A DNA stretch of 63,773 nt, counting the filler. It is 6 parts of 6 records of this genome, joined end to end, with 100 filler letters (N's around TTAATTAATTAA, not from the genome) between each part and the next. Parts side by side here need not be neighbours in the genome. Positions count along the whole stretch, not along the records: positions 56,458 to 63,773 come from DRR378314_2617; 5 more parts are not named here. One strand, given 5' to 3'. Of the stretch, positions 59,772 to 63,773 are shown in pieces. The notes under the pieces were generated by a model. The model searched no databases and was not told the DNA's origin. It saw nothing but the letters and a program-made list of their open reading frames with translations. Numbering within the stretch: position 1 is the first letter of the stretch; each line of letters starts with the position of its first letter. Made by a program: the position numbers and the translations under genes.

Positions 59772-62700
59772 ATGAAACGAATGTTAATCAACGCCAGCCA
59801 TCCGGAAGAAGTCCGGGTGGCGCTGGTGGATGGCCAGAGACTGTACGATCTGGACATCGAGCATCGCACCCGCGAACAGAAAAAAGCCAACATCTATAAA
59901 GGCAAGATCACCCGCATCGAGCCGTCCCTGGAAGCCGCCTTCGTGGACTTCGGCGCCGAGCGCCACGGCTTTCTGCCCCTTAAGGAAATCTCCCGCCAGT
60001 ACTTCCAGAAAGACCCCAAGGACATCCAGGGCCGCATCAACATCAAGGATGTGATCAAGGAAGGTCAGGAAATCATCATTCAGGTGGATAAGGAAGAGCG
60101 CGGCAACAAAGGCGCCGCCCTCACCACCTTTATCAGCCTGGCCGGCCGCTACCTGGTGCTGATGCCCAACAACCCGCGCGCCGGCGGCATCTCCCGGCGC
60201 ATCGAGGGCGAGGAACGCCAGCAGCTGAAGGAAGCCCTGGGCAGCCTGGATATTCCCGACGAAATGGGCGTGATCGTGCGCACCGCCGGCCTCGGTCGCG
60301 GCGCCGAGGAACTGCAGTGGGACCTCAACTACCTGCTCAAGCTGTGGGGCTCGATCGCCGAGGCGTCGGAGACCCGTAAAGCGCCCTTCCTGGTGTACCA
60401 GGAATCCAACGTCATCATCCGCGCCATCCGCGATTACCTGCGCAAGGACATCGGCGAAGTCCTGATCGATTCCGAAAAGGTCTACAACGAGGCCCAGGCG
60501 TTCGTGCAGCAGGTGATGACCGATTTTCAGCACAAGCTGAAGCTGTATAACGACGACACGCCGCTGTTCTCCCGTTACCAGATCGAGTCGCAGATCGAGA
60601 CCGCCTTCGAACGTGAAGTGAAGCTGCCCTCCGGCGGCTCCATCGTCATCGATCCCACCGAAGCGCTGGTGTCCATCGACATCAACTCCTCGCGCGCCAC
60701 CAAGGGCGCCGACATCGAGGAAACCGCGCTGCAGACCAATCTGGAAGCGGCGGAAGAGATCGCCCGCCAGCTGCGCCTGCGCGACATCGGCGGCCTGATC
60801 GTGGTCGATTTCATCGACATGGGCCCGGCGCGCAATCAACGCGAAGTGGAAAACCGCATGCGCGACGCGCTGGAAGCGGACCGTGCCCGTATTCAACTGG
60901 GCCGTATCTCCCGCTTCGGCCTGCTGGAACTGTCCCGCCAGCGGCTGCGCCCCAGCCTCGGCGAGACCTCCAGCATCGTGTGCCCGCGCTGTGACGGCCT
61001 GGGCCACATCCGCGACGTCAAATCCCTGGCCTTGAGCATCCTCCGCCTGATCGAGGAAGAGGTGATGAAGGAACGCACCGGGGAGATCCAGGCCCAGGTG
61101 CCGGTGGCCGTGGCCACCTACCTGCTCAACGAGAAGCGCCCGGTACTGCGGGAAATCGAAAGCATCCACAAAGTGCGCGTGCTGATTATCCCCAACCCCA
61201 ACCTGGAAACCCCGCACTTCCAGGTCGAGCGCATTCGCGACGACCAGACCAAGGCCCAGGTGAGCCACGAGCTGGAGCTGCTGGAAGGCCAGCAGGACCC
61301 GGCCACCCTGTCCGCCCAGGACACCGAAATCAAAACCCAGGAGCCGGCGGTGAAGCTGGTGGCGCCGGACACCGCGCCGCCGCCGCCCAAACCGCAGCCG
61401 GAGCCGAAACCGGAAGCCACCGCCGCCAAGGCGCCCTCCAAGAAGCCCGCCACCGCGCCGAAGCCGCCGCTGGAGCCGGGTCTGCTGGCCCGTTTCTTCA
61501 CCTGGCTGGCGGCGCTGTTCAGTGCCTCCGAGGACGAGAAACAGCAGCTTGACGGCAAGCGCGACGGCCAGCGCGGCAACCGCCAGAACCGGGACGACAA
61601 AGCCGACGCCCGGGGCAACAACAACCGTGGCGGTGATAACCGCCGTGGCGGCCGCCGCAACGGCGGCAACCGCAACCGGAACGCCGACGGCGATAACCGG
61701 GGCGGCGACGGTCGTGGTGGCGATAACCGTGGCGAGAACCGCAAGGACGACAACCAGGACGGCAAGAGCGAAGGCGGCAACCGCCGTGGCGGCCGCAACC
61801 GTCGTGGCGGCCGTGGCGGCAACCGGGGCGGTGACAACCGCAACGGCGACAACCGTGGTGCCGACAACCGAAGCGACGACCAGAAAAGCGCCGACAGCGG
61901 TAAGCCGGAGTCCAAGCAGGACAATAAGCAGGACGCCAAGCCGGATAACAAAGGCGAGTCCAAAGGTGGCGCCGGCAAAGGCCCGCGCAAGGACGACGGC
62001 CCCAAAGCCCAGCGCCGCACCGACAGCAAGGACGACCGTCCCCTGCGCGAGCGCCAGCGTCCCGGCGCCCAGGACAAAGCGGCCCAGGATAAAGGCGCCC
62101 AGAGCGACGACCAGGCCACCGCCGGCGGCCCGCCGCCGCGCATGACGTCCGAGGACAACACCCCCGGTCGTGATCAGGAGCGTGGTGACAGCCGTCCGCC
62201 CAAGGCCAAACTGGTGCCCGCCGAAGAGCACGGCGAACCGAAAACCGCCGCCGCCAAGCCGAGCGCGGAACAGGCCACCGAGGCTCAGGCGCCCCAGGCC
62301 GCCGCCGCCCGTCAGGAAGAGCAGCCCAAGGCCGCCGCGCCGGCGCCCTCTGCCGAGGCCCCTTCAGCCAAAGCGCAGAAGCCCGCCAGTCAGGAAGCGC
62401 CGTCAGCTAAGCCGGAAGAGCCCTCAGCCAAAACGGAGGAGCCCTCAGCCAAAGCTGAAGAGCCTTCAGCGAAGGTGGAAGAGCCTTCAGCTAAGGTGGA
62501 AGAGCCCTCAGCGAAGGTGGAAGAGCCCTCAGCCAAGGCGGAACAACCGTCAGCGAAAGCAGACGAGCCCTCGGCTAAAGCAGACGAGCCCTCGGCTAAA
62601 GCAGAGGAGTCCCCGGCTAAGGTAGAGGAGCCTTCAACTAAGGCAGAAACCCCTTCAGCCAAAGAGGAAGAGCCTTCCGCCAAGGTAGAAGAGCCTTCAG

Positions 62701-63239
62701 CCGAGGTAGAAAAGCCCTCAGCCAAGCCGGAAGAACCTTCAGCAAAAGCCGAAGAAGCTCCGGCCAAAGAAGCGTCTTCAGCTAAGGCGGAAGAGCCTTC
62801 AGCAAAAGCGGACGAGCCCTCGGCGAAGACAGAAGAGCCTTCAGCGAAGACAGAAGAACCCTCAGCCAAGGCAGAGAAGCCCGCGGCGAAAGCGGAAGAG
62901 CCTTCACCCAAGGCGGAGGAGTCTTCCGAGCAGGCACCTTCAACGGCAGCGGATCAGGTCCGCCGTGCCGGCAACGACCCGCGTGACCGCAAACCGGGCC
63001 AGCCGGTACCGCAGCCGGAACGCCAACCCGCCGCCAAGCCCGCACCGGCCGCCGAACAAGCGCCGGCCAAGGCGGAGACCGGCGAAGCGGAACAGCCGGC
63101 CACCCCGGCGTTCAGCAAGCCGGTGGCGCCGGAGCGTCCGGCCGGGCGCGCCAGCAATGACCCGCGCCTGCGCCGCCGTCAGCAACAGGCGGAACAAGCC
63201 GCCCGGGAAAATTCCGGCGACGGCAACCCCGGTGCCTGA
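59772..63239 (+). CDS. rne: Ribonuclease E
   Basis: MKRMLINA, S1 domain, IDINS, DFIDM, CPRC Zn link, amphipathic [15 protein letters not shown], Arg/Gly-rich segment, two NDPR motifs. Confidence 0.98.
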   Translation: MKRMLINASHPEEVRVALVDGQRLYDLDIEHRTREQKKANIYKGKITRIEPSLEAAFVDFGAERHGFLPLKEISRQYFQKDPKDIQGRINIKDVIKEGQEIIIQVDKEERGNKGAALTTFISLAGRYLVLMPNNPRAGGISRRIEGEERQQLKEALGSLDIPDEMGVIVRTAGLGRGAEELQWDLNYLLKLWGSIAEASETRKAPFLVYQESNVIIRAIRDYLRKDIGEVLIDSEKVYNEAQAFVQQVMTDFQHKLKLYNDDTPLFSRYQIESQIETAFEREVKLPSGGSIVIDPTEALVSIDINSSRATKGADIEETALQTNLEAAEEIARQLRLRDIGGLIVVDFIDMGPARNQREVENRMRDALEADRARIQLGRISRFGLLELSRQRLRPSLGETSSIVCPRCDGLGHIRDVKSLALSILRLIEEEVMKERTGEIQAQVPVAVATYLLNEKRPVLREIESIHKVRVLIIPNPNLETPHFQVERIRDDQTKAQVSHELELLEGQQDPATLSAQDTEIKTQEPAVKLVAPDTAPPPPKPQPEPKPEATAAKAPSKKPATAPKPPLEPGLLARFFTWLAALFSASEDEKQQLDGKRDGQRGNRQNRDDKADARGNNNRGGDNRRGGRRNGGNRNRNADGDNRGGDGRGGDNRGENRKDDNQDGKSEGGNRRGGRNRRGGRGGNRGGDNRNGDNRGADNRSDDQKSADSGKPESKQDNKQDAKPDNKGESKGGAGKGPRKDDGPKAQRRTDSKDDRPLRERQRPGAQDKAAQDKGAQSDDQATAGGPPPRMTSEDNTPGRDQERGDSRPPKAKLVPAEEHGEPKTAAAKPSAEQATEAQAPQAAAARQEEQPKAAAPAPSAEAPSAKAQKPASQEAPSAKPEEPSAKTEEPSAKAEEPSAKVEEPSAKVEEPSAKVEEPSAKAEQPSAKADEPSAKADEPSAKAEESPAKVEEPSTKAETPSAKEEEPSAKVEEPSAEVEKPSAKPEEPSAKAEEAPAKEASSAKAEEPSAKADEPSAKTEEPSAKTEEPSAKAEKPAAKAEEPSPKAEESSEQAPSTAADQVRRAGNDPRDRKPGQPVPQPERQPAAKPAPAAEQAPAKAETGEAEQPATPAFSKPVAPERPAGRASNDPRLRRRQQQAEQAARENSGDGNPGA
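62391..62912 (+). repeat. Coding tandem repeat, ~25 x 21 bp (xEEPSAK) in the RNase E scaffold
   Basis: 24 seven-residue units plus one six-residue unit, counted from QEAPSAK to AEEPSPK. Confidence 0.95.
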
Positions 63240-63265
63240 TCGGTCCACCCGACGGTCACACCAAT

Positions 63266-63295
63266 AAAAAACCGCCCTTCGGGGCGGTTTTTTTT
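63266..63295. terminator. Bidirectional intrinsic terminator between rne and the RND gene
   Basis: A-run-CCGCCC-TTCG-GGGCGG-T-run. Confidence 0.9.
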
Positions 63296-63773
63296 ATGCG
63301 CCGTCGGAATACTTGAAGGCCCGGCGGCGCGTGTCGATGGCGCCCATGAGGTCGTCGAGGGCCAGGTAGAGGCACGGCACCACGAACAGAATCAGCGCGG
63401 TGGCGAACACGATGCCGAAGCCCAGGGACACCGCCATGGGGATCAGGTAAGCGGCCTGCAGGGAGGTTTCGAAGATGATCGGCATCAGCCCGGCGAAGGT
63501 GGTCATGGTGGTGAGAAGAATCGGCCGGAAGCGGCGCAGGCCCGCTTCATAGACCGCCTGGGCCGCGCCCAGCCGGTGCCGCTGGCGGTTGGCGTAGTCG
63601 ACCATGATCAGCGAATCGTTCACCACCACCCCGGCCAGGGCGATGATGCCCATGAAGCTGACCAGGGACAGGTCCATGCCCAGCAGAATGTGGCCGAGCA
63701 CCGCGCCCACGGCGCCGAACGGAATCGCCAGCATCACCACCAGCGGCTGCAGGTAGCTGCCGAACGCCACCGC
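63294..63773 (-). CDS. RND efflux permease (AcrB family), C-terminal fragment
   Basis: [33 protein letters not shown]. Confidence 0.92.
   Translation of the reverse strand, partial: AVAFGSYLQPLVVMLAIPFGAVGAVLGHILLGMDLSLVSFMGIIALAGVVVNDSLIMVDYANRQRHRLGAAQAVYEAGLRRFRPILLTTMTTFAGLMPIIFETSLQAAYLIPMAVSLGFGIVFATALILFVVPCLYLALDDLMGAIDTRRRAFKYSDGA

Noticed and set aside
59784-62911. Antisense ORFs of 815, 347 and 173 aa, including AEGSS repeats
   Set aside because: Shadows of rne; the repeat's reverse frame lacks stops by construction.
62391-62912. Possible CRISPR or non-coding repeat array
   Set aside because: Contiguous 21-bp units with no spacers and mostly synonymous variation, in frame within rne.

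Overview
This window is not one locus. It joins six unrelated contigs with identical 100-nt N-TTAATTAATTAA-N linkers (15766-15865, 28518-28617, 40810-40909, 47953-48052, 56358-56457). Taxon labels below are inferred from gene content and base composition. Contig 1 (1-15765, Flavobacteriaceae-like) carries tex, metG, a DUF1800/DUF1501 pair, yraN, an ACT-domain protein, a DUF3352-like protein, a serine hydrolase and mfd. It also holds a dense family of ~27-nt GTCA-tagged palindromes, which nest inside each other and sit in frame inside metG and mfd. Contigs 2, 3 and 5 are Rhodobacteraceae-like. Contig 2 has a non-pyrrolysine MttB/LysR/GlxA cluster and a rare-sugar ABC/3-epimerase operon. Contig 3 has bdhA-patatin, psuG/psuK, a frameshifted DUF4198 gene beside HupE/UreJ, trmJ, ctaA, an M32 peptidase and the end of gyrA. 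Contig 5 has trxB, a desaturase, a CyaC-like cyclase, sat/cysC, a glycosyltransferase and pit. Contig 4 (40910-47952) is eukaryotic, with three hand-built intron-containing genes that the ORF track misses: GATD1-like, a type II membrane glycosyltransferase-like protein, and a possible ATP synthase F6/h-like protein. Contig 6 (Alcanivoracaceae-like) has sppA, a HAD hydrolase, rluC and rne; RNase E carries ~25 tandem xEEPSAK repeats. The strongest leads are (i) the nested, coding-sequence-invading palindromic repeats and (ii) a DUF1501 protein with both a Tat signal and a T9SS sorting domain, paired with a signal-less DUF1800 protein. No CRISPR array, rRNA, tRNA or transposase was seen. All calls come from reading the sequence; no searches were run.
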